Virus record (IMG/VR): IMGVR_UViG_3300050033_000419
Coordinates: 1 to 57,437 of that record
DNA: 57,437 nt
From: a virus
Taxonomy: Duplodnaviria; Caudoviricetes
Strand: one strand, 5' to 3'
Position 1 is the first letter of the stretch, and every line of letters starts with the position of its first letter. The notes beneath the pieces are model-generated. The model made no database searches and was not told the origin of the DNA. It saw only the letters and a program-made list of their open reading frames with translations. The position numbers were made by a program, and so were the translations under genes. Of the stretch, positions 1-8,521 are shown one piece after another.

Positions 1-281
1 CTGCCGGAGGTGCTGGATGTTGCTGATCTCGGCGGCGAGTGGATCCTTGCCTTCGGTGTTGAGCGAGCTGCGAACTTTCTCAAGAAGGCCGTCAATCTCT
101 TCGACAGCTCCGTCATCTCCGCGATGCCGGCCTTGCCTTCGTTGAGGAAAGGGATTCTGTGCGGCATCGAGATCGGAGAAAAACTTGTCTTCCTGTTTGT
201 GCAGCTCCGCGATCTGCTTGTCGATGTCTTCGTTCTCGGAGGCCTTGCGCTCCGCATCGATCGCATCGGGCGCTTCGAGCT
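1..281. repeat. Terminal redundancy (circular overlap) with window end
   Basis: 1-101 = 57133-57233 and 155-281 = 57311-57437 (127 bp); 100-155 instead copies 650-705. Confidence 0.95.
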
Positions 282-1317
282 GCGAACCTTTATTGCCCCG
301 GATGCCCTGAATCGCTAGGCTGACGCCCGGGACGCTGACTGCCTGCTGTGCGTAGTTCTTCAGCTTCACCAGGTGCAGGTACATCAGGTCGAAGCCAGTG
401 GCGACCGCTTCTGCCGTCTTCGCAATCCCGATCAACACCGTACCGACCGCGGAACCGAGACCTGTGGCTAAGGATTGGCCCTGGCCATCGGCGTGGGTGA
501 ATGCATCAGCCAGGTTATTGAGCGAAGGGATGACGGCTTTAGCCAACTGCTCTTTGAACGCCGTGGTCCGCAGGTCGAGGATCTCTACGGTGTGCTGGAG
601 CTGCTCGGCGGCTTGCAGGTCTTTCTCCGACCAGGTAAGGCCGAGCCGGTTCGACAGCTCCGTCATCTCCGCGATGCCGGCCTTGCCTTCGTTGAGGAAA
701 GGGATGAGCGCCGCGCCAGACCGACCGAAGAGCTGCATGGCCAACGCGGTTTTGCCGGTTCCGTTCTCCATCTTCGAGAACTTCTCCGCAACATCCTCCA
801 TCAGCGCGCTCATCGGTCGAAGATGGCCCGCCGCGTCGGTAACTTTCAATCCGAGGGTGGTGAAGGCCCCCGTGGTGTCTTTGCCGGTGGTGGCAAAGGT
901 CGCACTCGCTTTCGCCAGACGACCCATGCCGACGGTAAGCGTCTCAAGACTCACCCCCGTGAGCTTCGAGGCAACCCGCAAAGAGGAAACCGTCTCAATG
1001 GGGAGGCCATAGCTCTGCGAGAGCTTCGACATCTCCTTGCCCTGCTCGGCCACGCTCTTCGCGACGGCGATGGTGGCGCCCACGGCCGCGATCGCGACCC
1101 CGCCCACCACTCCACCGACGATCTCGAAATCCTTCTTCCACTGCGCGGCATTATCAAACTTGAGCTTGGTGAGCGCGGTGCCGATATTCTTCAACGAATC
1201 GACAATGGCGGCGCTGCTGTCGAAGGCCATGGTGCGAGCGTCGCCCATGCCTTTGACGAAGGCAGAGGTTTGAGCCTCTAGCCGGATTAACAGCGTCCCT
1301 AAAACGTTTTGCGCCAT
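1..1317 (-). CDS. Tail tape measure protein, N-terminal part (continues across the circular junction at 57437)
   Basis: ATG at 1317 reads MAQNVLGTLLIRLEAQTSAFVKGM...ALIPFLNEGKAGI...; absent from the ORF track because it is open at the edge; follows the tail chaperones; frame joins 57437-55756, about 905 aa in total. Confidence 0.88.
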   Translation of the reverse strand, partial: MAQNVLGTLLIRLEAQTSAFVKGMGDARTMAFDSSAAIVDSLKNIGTALTKLKFDNAAQWKKDFEIVGGVVGGVAIAAVGATIAVAKSVAEQGKEMSKLSQSYGLPIETVSSLRVASKLTGVSLETLTVGMGRLAKASATFATTGKDTTGAFTTLGLKVTDAAGHLRPMSALMEDVAEKFSKMENGTGKTALAMQLFGRSGAALIPFLNEGKAGIAEMTELSNRLGLTWSEKDLQAAEQLQHTVEILDLRTTAFKEQLAKAVIPSLNNLADAFTHADGQGQSLATGLGSAVGTVLIGIAKTAEAVATGFDLMYLHLVKLKNYAQQAVSVPGVSLAIQGIRGNKGSQLEAPDAIDAERKASENEDIDKQIAELHKQEDKFFSDLDAAQNPFPQRRQGRHRGDDGAVEEIDGLLEKVRSSLNTEGKDPLAAEISNIQHLRQ

Positions 1318-1329
1318 GGTCTTCCTCGG

Positions 1330-1677
1330 CTACGAAAACTTGATTCGTGCAAATTGCGCTTCCATCAACTTCGCCTGGCGAAGCGCTTGCTCGGGTGTCA
1401 TCTCCGCAACCTGTGGCTGTGGGATGGAGGGAAAGAAGTCATACGGCATGAGCGGAGGGCTGCCCTCTTTGCGATTGCCCGAGGAGTTCACCGCAGCCGC
1501 TGCCAGCACTCCGAAGCGATAATCCCAATCGGTGCGCTGAATCCGCAGCCGCCGGTGTAACGCGCTGAACTGCCGCACCGTCGTGTGACGGAACTCTTCC
1601 GGCGTGAGCCGAAGGTCGAAGCGCGCGATCGCCCAGATCTCGTCGCGAGTTAACTGGCAGTGGCCGCGGCCAAAGGG
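1330..1677 (-). CDS. Tail assembly chaperone gpT-like part, reached by -1 frameshift
   Basis: The -1 frame after slippery C CCT TTG reads ...EIWAIARFDLRLTPEEFRHTTVRQF...MPYDFFPS, a gpT-like pattern with no ATG start of its own. Confidence 0.75.
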   Translation of the reverse strand, partial: PFGRGHCQLTRDEIWAIARFDLRLTPEEFRHTTVRQFSALHRRLRIQRTDWDYRFGVLAAAAVNSSGNRKEGSPPLMPYDFFPSIPQPQVAEMTPEQALRQAKLMEAQFARIKFS

Positions 1678-2114
1678 CGCTCACCGCCCTCTTGCTCACC
1701 TTCGGCGGTGGCCTCGGCCGGATCGTCCATGGCGCCCAGTGATCGCGCAAAGACCGCCATCACTTCCTCGCGGACCTTCACAACGTTGCGCACAAAGACA
1801 AACTTGCCCACTTCCTCAACCGTCAGGGTTGGCTGGTGGGTAATCAGCCCCGCCCACAGCAGTTGCACGGTGCGCTGCATGATTTGCCGCGCGCCCTTGC
1901 CGAAAATCCTTTCGTAGAACTCATCGGTCCGAGCCCGCGCCTGCTCTTCAGGAGTTGCGTTCGGATCGAACAGCCCGTCTTGCTCTTCCTCTTTCAGGAC
2001 GACGACGCCAGCCTTGTCTTCAAAGGCCCACACTGCGGGAAGTGGGAAGCTGAGCAGATACTCTTTGCCGCCGAGCTTGATGGGAAAATCGGTTTTGATG
2101 GGTGAATCGCTCAT
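1650..2114 (-). CDS. Tail assembly chaperone gpG-like
   Basis: Lies between tail tube and tape measure genes; IKLGGKEYLLSFPLPAVWAFED. Confidence 0.8.
   Translation of the reverse strand: MSDSPIKTDFPIKLGGKEYLLSFPLPAVWAFEDKAGVVVLKEEEQDGLFDPNATPEEQARARTDEFYERIFGKGARQIMQRTVQLLWAGLITHQPTLTVEEVGKFVFVRNVVKVREEVMAVFARSLGAMDDPAEATAEGEQEGGERPLAAATAS
1671..1677 (-). promoter_or_regulatory. -1 programmed frameshift slippery heptamer CCCTTTG
   Basis: X XXY YYZ in correct phase (CGC CCT TTG) just before the gpG stop. Confidence 0.75.
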
Positions 2115-2133
2115 AGGTCCTCAGGTGCAGCAG

Positions 2134-2168
2134 AAAAAAGGGGCCGCGAGTGTGCTCGGTCGGCCCCT
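2134..2168 (-). terminator. Rho-independent terminator after tail tube gene
   Basis: AGGGGCCG...CGGCCCCT stem followed by a T run on the minus strand. Confidence 0.65.
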
Positions 2169-2184
2169 CATGGCAAGAAAAAAG

Positions 2185-2661
2185 CTAGCTGGAGTAGGTC
2201 CAGACGGGAGCGCTGATCACGCTGATCTTGATGGTCAAGGACATCGCCTTATCCACTGCCAACTCGAGGTCCGGGGTGTCGAGCAGGACACCGGAAAAAG
2301 CGATCGTGAAGAGCGGAACCAGCGGGCTCGAAAGAGGGTCATTGGGTCCACAGATCTTGAAATTGTGGCCCGCCCCGTCCACGGCTGCGAGCAGCGCACG
2401 ATGGGTGGCGTCGCCAGGCACGTAGTTCACCGTGCAGTCGATGGTGCCGCCGGTGACGATGGTGCCGAGCAGCTCCTCGTAAATCCGGCCATGGGTATCG
2501 GTGCTGGAGTCCTGGTTGGTGGTCTTCTCCGAGGCCTGTTTCTCGCCGGACTTTTTGAACTGCGTCAGTTGGGCGAGCTTGGTGAATACTTCGGGCGAAG
2601 CGCCGTTCCCCTGTAGTAACTGTGAACCGGCGCCACTCTTCGCTTTAACGGCAAGAGGCAT
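2185..2661 (-). CDS. Major tail (tube) protein
   Basis: AAGGAG SD before ATG 2661; LLQGNGASPEVFTKLAQL...GGTIDCTVNYVPGD; synteny. Confidence 0.85.
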   Translation of the reverse strand: MPLAVKAKSGAGSQLLQGNGASPEVFTKLAQLTQFKKSGEKQASEKTTNQDSSTDTHGRIYEELLGTIVTGGTIDCTVNYVPGDATHRALLAAVDGAGHNFKICGPNDPLSSPLVPLFTIAFSGVLLDTPDLELAVDKAMSLTIKISVISAPVWTYSS

Positions 2662-2709
2662 GGTGTTTCTCCTTTTACTCGCCGGGAACCGGCGGCACTT
2701 CAAACAAGC

Positions 2710-2733
2710 GAAAAGGCCACCCGAAGGCGGCCT
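2710..2733 (-). terminator. Terminator-like hairpin
   Basis: AGGCCGCC-TTCG-GGTGGCCT-TTT. Confidence 0.6.
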
Positions 2734-2758
2734 CGTCTGCACATGCACCCGCTAGGGG

Positions 2759-3184
2759 TTAGTGGTGCAGAATTTTGAAATCGAGCATCGCGCGGTATTG
2801 CTTGCGATCGGGCTCGTAACTGTTGATCTCGTTATCCCAGAGCAACACATCGACCGCAGTGTTGCCGTTCAGTGAGCCCGCGAAGCCGTCGAGCGCAATC
2901 TTGAGGTTCAGTGAAATCGCATCGCGGGTCAATGCGTCCGCAGCCCACACGTCGATCTGGACGCGGGGGGTAAAGAGTCCGTCAATCATGCCATCGAGAG
3001 TGTGCGCGCTGCTGTTACTGATGAGCTGGTACGTCAACGCCGGCAGGTCCGATCCTTCATCGAGGACGTCGGGCTCCATGCGGTCGGCTATCGCCGTGCG
3101 GAGCGCAGCGATCGCCGCTGCCTGGTCGCTGGTAAGCCCAGCAGTGCTGGCAGAGACGACGAATTGTCGGAGATCGGCCAGCAT
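2759..3184 (-). CDS. Tail completion/terminator protein (DUF3168-like)
   Basis: LPALTYQLIS...RVQIDVWA...YRAMLDFKI; synteny. Confidence 0.85.
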   Translation of the reverse strand: MLADLRQFVVSASTAGLTSDQAAAIAALRTAIADRMEPDVLDEGSDLPALTYQLISNSSAHTLDGMIDGLFTPRVQIDVWAADALTRDAISLNLKIALDGFAGSLNGNTAVDVLLWDNEINSYEPDRKQYRAMLDFKILHH

Positions 3185-3622
3185 CTATTTCAGTTCCTTG
3201 TCGATATCCACCTGCATGGTTTCGGCGAAAACGCGCTCCGCTTCGACCTGCTTAGAGTCAAAGGCTGGGCGCATAAACGGCCGCGCCGGCTGGTGCTTGG
3301 TTCCCAGTTCATCGAAAGCGCCGTAGTAGGCGGACTTCGTTGGTCCAATTTCCACGGTGTAGGCGCTGTCGCTCACTTTGATTTGCCGGCCGATGTGCTT
3401 CTTCAGATAGCCGGGCTCGCGTTGTTCTTTGCCCTTCGCCGTATTGCGAAATCCCGTCTGCCCCACTTCCACGCGTACTGGAGCCTTGGCGCGGATCTCG
3501 CGGCGAAAGACCTCGGCACCTGCGTTGACGGCGTGACGCACCAGTTTCTTTTCTACCTTCTGCGAAAACTGCGTCATCGCGCTGCCAAGTTCTTTGAGGC
3601 CGACCATCTCGTCAGCCATCAA
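3185..3622 (-). CDS. HK97 gp10-like tail component
   Basis: AYYGAFDELGTKHQPARPFMRPAFD motif. Confidence 0.9.
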   Translation of the reverse strand: MMADEMVGLKELGSAMTQFSQKVEKKLVRHAVNAGAEVFRREIRAKAPVRVEVGQTGFRNTAKGKEQREPGYLKKHIGRQIKVSDSAYTVEIGPTKSAYYGAFDELGTKHQPARPFMRPAFDSKQVEAERVFAETMQVDIDKELK

Positions 3623-3975
3623 TTCACCGCCTCGTCGCCGGAAACTCCCAGGCGTTCCTTGCAGATCAGAATCAGGGTGTCGTCAATGCGACGCTCACCA
3701 TAGTTCACGTACAGGATGTCGAGAAGCTTGCCATCTTCAGTGGTGAGCCGGTGCATGGGTGTGACCCCATCGAGCCAGCGCATGGTCACCTGGTGGGTAA
3801 CCTCAGGTGAATATTGTTGCCCTTTGAACTGCTCGGCTCCCCCCATGGAGACAATGCGCGCCCAAACCGTCTGCCAGTCGGTAAACGTCTTCGAAGGTTG
3901 CCCCATACCGTCGCGCGCTGTACTCGGCGCCTGGATGGTGACACGGTTGCGTAGCTGGCCGGCCTTGATCGTCAT
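3619..3975 (-). CDS. Head closure/head-tail adaptor (SPP1 gp16-like)
   Basis: MTIKAGQLRNRVTIQ...VWARI...THQVTMRW. Confidence 0.9.
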   Translation of the reverse strand: MTIKAGQLRNRVTIQAPSTARDGMGQPSKTFTDWQTVWARIVSMGGAEQFKGQQYSPEVTHQVTMRWLDGVTPMHRLTTEDGKLLDILYVNYGERRIDDTLILICKERLGVSGDEAVN

Positions 3976-4181
3976 TGCTCGTCTTCTTCCTCGACACCGG
4001 CAGACTCCAACCACTCCTCGTCAACGATCACAATTCCCGGATGGAGGCCAAGCGCGGCCACCACAGTTGCCCCTTCCCCAAAAAAGATAGCGTTCTGTCC
4101 TTCCGTCACAAGGCGCTCGGCACGCAGCCGAATCGGCTTCTCCTGGTCAGGCACAGCGATGGCAAAAATTCTCACGATCAC
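3972..4181 (-). CDS. Hypothetical protein
   Basis: GAGGGAG SD; stop/start overlap with the next gene. Confidence 0.55.
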   Translation of the reverse strand: MIVRIFAIAVPDQEKPIRLRAERLVTEGQNAIFFGEGATVVAALGLHPGIVIVDEEWLESAGVEEEDEQ

Positions 4182-4206
4182 GCTCCCTCTTTAGTGATTC
4201 GCATAT

Positions 4207-4398
4207 TCAGTGATTCGTGAATCTAACCAGCGGGAGAACGATTCCATGTGCCTCGGTAAAATGGCGAATCAGTTGCTGTAGCCGGTGAATGTCCTCCTCT
4301 GGCGAAACCGTGCCGATCTCCCAGCCGCATGCGCACTCCACGGTCATAATCCCAGCCGTTACCTGCGGCACCGGATCGTCGGTGAGTGGCTGATGCAT
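4207..4398 (-). CDS. Hypothetical small protein (CxC...H..H)
   Basis: GGAGGG SD before MHQPL; in operon. Confidence 0.55.
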   Translation of the reverse strand: MHQPLTDDPVPQVTAGIMTVECACGWEIGTVSPEEDIHRLQQLIRHFTEAHGIVLPLVRFTNH

Positions 4399-4424
4399 GG
4401 CACCCTCCAAGCCGTGATTTCCCG

Positions 4425-5519
4425 TTAGGGATTGAGATCGTCGGAATATGACGTTTGGGCGCAGGCGAGTCGACCCTCGATTGGCCGCTCACTGATGATG
4501 CTCGCTACCCTTTCAACCGGGACGGCATAGCAGATCAACTCGAATGGGACACCAGCATAACGTCGGAAGTAGAGCCGATACGATGGCTGAATGGCCCGGA
4601 TCAGGAGTGGAATCTGCCAGAAATGCTCAGGCTTGTGATAAAGACAGATTGCCAGCACCGGACTGTGAAGGAAGATGGTCTGCCGAGCGCCCCAAAGGGC
4701 TTCCAGTTCCGCGCCTTCCACGTCCATCTTGAGGTAGGTTGGCGTCGCGGATAGATCATCAATTTTCATGCAGGCCACGCTGCCAAGCACCGAGTCTTTC
4801 AGCCCTGCCTCTCCAAGGCGAGCGCGGTAATCTCCGGTCGAGAGGAAGGAATCCTTGCCGGTGTGGTCGCTGACAGCGCAGTTACGCACCAGAATCGTCT
4901 CATCGCCTTCATAGGTGTCATGGAGGTGAAGCCAGTTCTGGTAGTCCGGCTCGATGAGGATGATTTCGCGGTAGCTTGGCCAGAGCTTGATGAAGGCGCT
5001 ACATTCTTCCTGGTCGGCTCCCGCTGCACCGCAATCCACGAAACACTCATCGGGCAGTCGGGTGATGAAGTCGGGGAAATAGATTTCACTGATCGGGCGC
5101 TGGAGGTAGTCGGCGTCGTAGTCGGGCGAAGCGTAGAAGTCGGCTTGATCCTCGACCACGTGCCTGCTTTCCGCGTCAGCGCAAGCATCCAGAACGGCAA
5201 TTAGGGCCCCCGATGGAGGCGTGTGCAACGGCAGGTCCAAGCACTGCCACAGCGGGACAGTCTTAACGCCGTGTTCGCGCATCCATGCGGGAACTTCATG
5301 GGAGGCAGGCAAAGAGAGCACAGTAGCGCACCACCGCGCATCGGGATACCGCGCAAGGCATTGTTCCGGCTTAAGTACGGGGATGCCGCATACCTCTGAC
5401 TGTTTGGGGTTGCTGTCGGCAAAAGCCATGACATTCTCGCCACGAGCGCGCAGGACGTTGAGCACACGCCGGCCGATCTCACCGGATCCAAACAGAATGA
5501 ATTGATTAATTGTGAACAT
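4425..5519 (-). CDS. FkbM-family SAM methyltransferase with N-terminal Rossmann-like domain
   Basis: FVDCGA, YLKMDVEGAELEALWGA, PVLAICLYH motifs. Confidence 0.9.
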   Translation of the reverse strand: MFTINQFILFGSGEIGRRVLNVLRARGENVMAFADSNPKQSEVCGIPVLKPEQCLARYPDARWCATVLSLPASHEVPAWMREHGVKTVPLWQCLDLPLHTPPSGALIAVLDACADAESRHVVEDQADFYASPDYDADYLQRPISEIYFPDFITRLPDECFVDCGAAGADQEECSAFIKLWPSYREIILIEPDYQNWLHLHDTYEGDETILVRNCAVSDHTGKDSFLSTGDYRARLGEAGLKDSVLGSVACMKIDDLSATPTYLKMDVEGAELEALWGARQTIFLHSPVLAICLYHKPEHFWQIPLLIRAIQPSYRLYFRRYAGVPFELICYAVPVERVASIISERPIEGRLACAQTSYSDDLNP

Positions 5520-6120
5520 AATAAAGGCTCTCCACCCGTCCCCACTTCACTCTCGGGTCACGTACCATGTACTGCAACGTCGTTCGATCTACGCCGGAAC
5601 AGGCGGTCATTGTCGGCTTGTTCAGCCATCCCGGAAACTTGGAAGCCTTAACGATGAATGACGGCTTGTACCCAGGGAATGCAAGGCTCCCGAGTTCAAG
5701 GGAGAAGTACCGGTTGCTCCCGCAAGTCTCTGGGCCGCTTATGCTTCCACCGCAGAGTGCTAGGTCCCAGTTATTCGATACCGCCGCGCCTAGCATTCGC
5801 TGTGCCCATTCGGGCGGGTAGTAGCAATCCTCGCAGGGAAAGCAGAGCCAGCGGCCGGTCGCGTGTTTCATCCCAAATTCAGCCGACCAGTAGCAGTCGG
5901 ATACTTTCAGCTTCCCCGCCGTGCGGAAGTAGCGGAACCGCTTATCCTTCATCGATGCAACAATCGCTTTTTGCCGCGCCGCGATCTTTTCATCTTCCGT
6001 ATTGTCGGTGACGATGACTTCAAAATCCTGATGCGTTTGCCCCATCAGGGACCAAAGACACGTCGCCAACAGAACCGGACGACTGTATAGGCTGACGATG
6101 TAGGAGATGTCAGGATTCAT
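5506..6120 (-). CDS. Glycosyltransferase family 2
   Basis: ISYIVSLYSR...SLMGQTHQDFEVIVTDN...ATGRWLCFPCEDCYY. Confidence 0.85.
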   Translation of the reverse strand: MNPDISYIVSLYSRPVLLATCLWSLMGQTHQDFEVIVTDNTEDEKIAARQKAIVASMKDKRFRYFRTAGKLKVSDCYWSAEFGMKHATGRWLCFPCEDCYYPPEWAQRMLGAAVSNNWDLALCGGSISGPETCGSNRYFSLELGSLAFPGYKPSFIVKASKFPGWLNKPTMTACSGVDRTTLQYMVRDPRVKWGRVESLYYVHN

Positions 6121-6794
6121 CGCGACACTCCGGACGGTTCGATTAGCTTCCAAAACTCTTCTGGCAGGGCTTCCCTGGGAACGAACGGCCAATCCCCGCT
6201 GCCAACTGGGCGCCGTGCGTTTCCAGAATGTAGCCGCACTACGATCTGCCCTGATCCATCGATGCTTACAATCTGCCTGCAATTCTGCGCAACCCGCACG
6301 AACTCGTTGTCTTCTGCCGACGTGGTCTGCTCCGGCCACGGGTTGGCAAGCGCGAACGACTTGCGATAACAGAGGCACGGCCCCCAGCTATAATTTTTCG
6401 ACCCGTGGTAACAGGATGCCTGCTGATCGATTTCGTCCCAGAAAAAGGCCGTGTGGTAACCGGAGATCTGCGCTTCTGGGTTTCCGATCAGCGTTTCTAC
6501 TTGGTGCCGAACTCGCGTCGATGCGGACCAGTCATCTGAATCGAAGTGAATAACCGCCTCGCCCTGGGAGGCGCGAACCGCAACGTTTCGCTTCACGGAG
6601 AGGTTCTTAACTGCGTTTGGCAGGTAAACATAGGTGCAGCCTGGGATGTCCTCGAATAAGTCCTGCACTCGATCTGTACCGTCGTCAATCACGACCAGTT
6701 CTTTGTCTGGCCAATCCTGCGAGAGATAGCTCGCAATTGCTACAGGGAGAAGATGTCGGTTGTTATTCGTGCACAAGACGCAAGAAACTAGCAT
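6117..6794 (-). CDS. Glycosyltransferase family 2
   Basis: VSCVLCT...SYLSQDWPDKELVVIDDG...KRN...IHFDSDDW. Confidence 0.9.
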   Translation of the reverse strand: MLVSCVLCTNNNRHLLPVAIASYLSQDWPDKELVVIDDGTDRVQDLFEDIPGCTYVYLPNAVKNLSVKRNVAVRASQGEAVIHFDSDDWSASTRVRHQVETLIGNPEAQISGYHTAFFWDEIDQQASCYHGSKNYSWGPCLCYRKSFALANPWPEQTTSAEDNEFVRVAQNCRQIVSIDGSGQIVVRLHSGNARRPVGSGDWPFVPREALPEEFWKLIEPSGVSR

Positions 6795-7435
6795 GCGAGA
6801 GCCTCGAAGAACGCGGCAGGAATCTCCTCGCGCCTGACCATCGGAAAATCGAACGGAGCCCGGGTAACGTTGGTGCCGTGGATCCGCGCGACCATTTTCC
6901 GGCCGCCCGGCACGGTGATCATCTTGCCTGCAGCCTGCGCAGGTTCCACAAACAGGCCGTCTTCCCCAAAGCTGGCGTTCGGATGCGGATTCGCCTCCCA
7001 GTACTTGCGCCGATAGCACTGCGTGGAGCCCGGACCATAGCCTTCTTCCCCGGTCCAGCAGGAGGCCTTCCCTTGCGCAGCATCCCAAAAAAGCAATGAG
7101 TGATAGGCCGTGACCTCTTTGCCGCTGGACGCCAGCCGAAAGACCTGTTCGGTGATGCGGGTCGGGGCACTCCAATCATCATCGTCCCAATTAATCAGCA
7201 TCTGGCCACTGGCGCGCTCGCACGCCATATTGCGTTTTTCCCCGATGCGCAGGTTCTCCGGGTAATAGATGTAAACCGTGCGGACCAACTGCTCAAAGCA
7301 ATCCGCGACGATATCCGTGCCGTCGTCCACAACAATCAACTCCTTGTCAGGCCAGTCCTGCGCGTAGAACGAGTTAATCGCCATACCGAGCAGATGGCGG
7401 CGATTGTGCGTCGGCATGATGCAGGAGACGCGCAT
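6788..7435 (-). CDS. Glycosyltransferase family 2 (paralog of 6117-6794)
   Basis: VSCIMPTHNR...QDWPDKELIVVDDG...GEKRN...WDDDDW. Confidence 0.92.
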   Translation of the reverse strand: MRVSCIMPTHNRRHLLGMAINSFYAQDWPDKELIVVDDGTDIVADCFEQLVRTVYIYYPENLRIGEKRNMACERASGQMLINWDDDDWSAPTRITEQVFRLASSGKEVTAYHSLLFWDAAQGKASCWTGEEGYGPGSTQCYRRKYWEANPHPNASFGEDGLFVEPAQAAGKMITVPGGRKMVARIHGTNVTRAPFDFPMVRREEIPAAFFEALAC

Positions 7436-7436
7436 A

Positions 7437-8303
7437 TCAGAGCCTCAGGTCGCGATATGGATAGAGCAACCGCTGCACGGTGTATGGCATGTTGCCGAGA
7501 TCCTTCTCCACCGGTTCGCGGGTGTTATAGGCCTCATTAACGAGAAACTTGATGGCCGTCTTGATCGATTCTGGGACCGGCTCGCCCCAGTACATGGCGG
7601 AACCCGCAACGGCATTCGTCGCGGTATCGGCCAGGGTGGCGTTCCCGCTGCCATCGACCGATGCAATGGTGGTGATCAATGGAGTCGCTGGAGATCCAAC
7701 GGCGCCCGGAATTGTGATCGATGCGCCAACGTCGGTCTGTAGGAAGCTACCCCCCGTCAGTACCTTCGAACTCGCAGCAATGCTCACCGTCATCGGAGTG
7801 CCGTAGCCCACCGCCCAGTCGATCCATACAGCATTCGTCTGAATGCGCGAGATCGGCCAAAACTTACCGAAGGGCGGGGTGATCCGCGCGGGTCGAGAGA
7901 CAATGTCCGCCAGGTAGTCGATGCCCTGTTCCATGACGACGGTGTCGCCATTGGGATCAGGACCGACGTATGCCAGCTGTACGATGGCGCGAACTGGGGC
8001 CCACTCCGGCACGATCGCCCAGCGGATGCCGGCCATGTAGGATGTGGCGCCAATCGCGATCGGGGCGCTGACGATGTTGCCGCCGAGGCGCTGATCGATA
8101 TAGCCCGGGAACGCATCCAGATACATGCGCCAGACTTGAGTGATTATCTTCTTGTTGAGGAAGGTTTCCACTTGCTCGCGCGCGGACGTGATGAGGCTTG
8201 TGACCAGATCATCGTCATCATCGATGGTGATGCGCGCAAACAGCTTCGCCTCGTCGAGCGTGACAGGCTCGGCGGCAGGCCGCTGTATTAGCTGGAAACC
8301 CAT
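7437..8303 (-). CDS. Head-tail connector (gp6-like) with inserted beta domain
   Basis: PAAEPVTLDEAKLFARI...AREQVE...VPESIKTAIKFLV...YNTRE...LLYPYR. Confidence 0.88.
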   Translation of the reverse strand: MGFQLIQRPAAEPVTLDEAKLFARITIDDDDDLVTSLITSAREQVETFLNKKIITQVWRMYLDAFPGYIDQRLGGNIVSAPIAIGATSYMAGIRWAIVPEWAPVRAIVQLAYVGPDPNGDTVVMEQGIDYLADIVSRPARITPPFGKFWPISRIQTNAVWIDWAVGYGTPMTVSIAASSKVLTGGSFLQTDVGASITIPGAVGSPATPLITTIASVDGSGNATLADTATNAVAGSAMYWGEPVPESIKTAIKFLVNEAYNTREPVEKDLGNMPYTVQRLLYPYRDLRL

Positions 8304-8316
8304 AGCATTTCCTCAG

Positions 8317-8463
8317 TTACTTCTTCGATTTCTTCGCTGGTTGCGGCTTTTCTTCTGTCACCGCGACGGGCGATTCCGCTTCCGCATCGTCGGCTTCCTG
8401 GATCTGCCGGCGCACGTTGCGCGGATCGCGAGCGTACTGCTGAAGCAATTCATTGCTGGACAT
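8317..8463 (-). CDS. Small hypothetical protein (48 aa, Lys-rich tail)
   Basis: MSSNELLQQYARDPRN...AKKSKK fills the capsid-connector gap. Confidence 0.55.
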   Translation of the reverse strand: MSSNELLQQYARDPRNVRRQIQEADDAEAESPVAVTEEKPQPAKKSKK

Positions 8464-8474
8464 GTGGAGCCTTT

Positions 8475-8501
8475 AAGAAGGGCGGCCCCGAAGGACCGCC
8501 C
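8475..8501 (-). terminator. Terminator-like hairpin after capsid gene
   Basis: GGGCGGTCC-TTCG-GGGCCGCCC-TTCTT. Confidence 0.6.
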
Positions 8502-8521
8502 CAGAGTTGAGTTCAGTTGAC

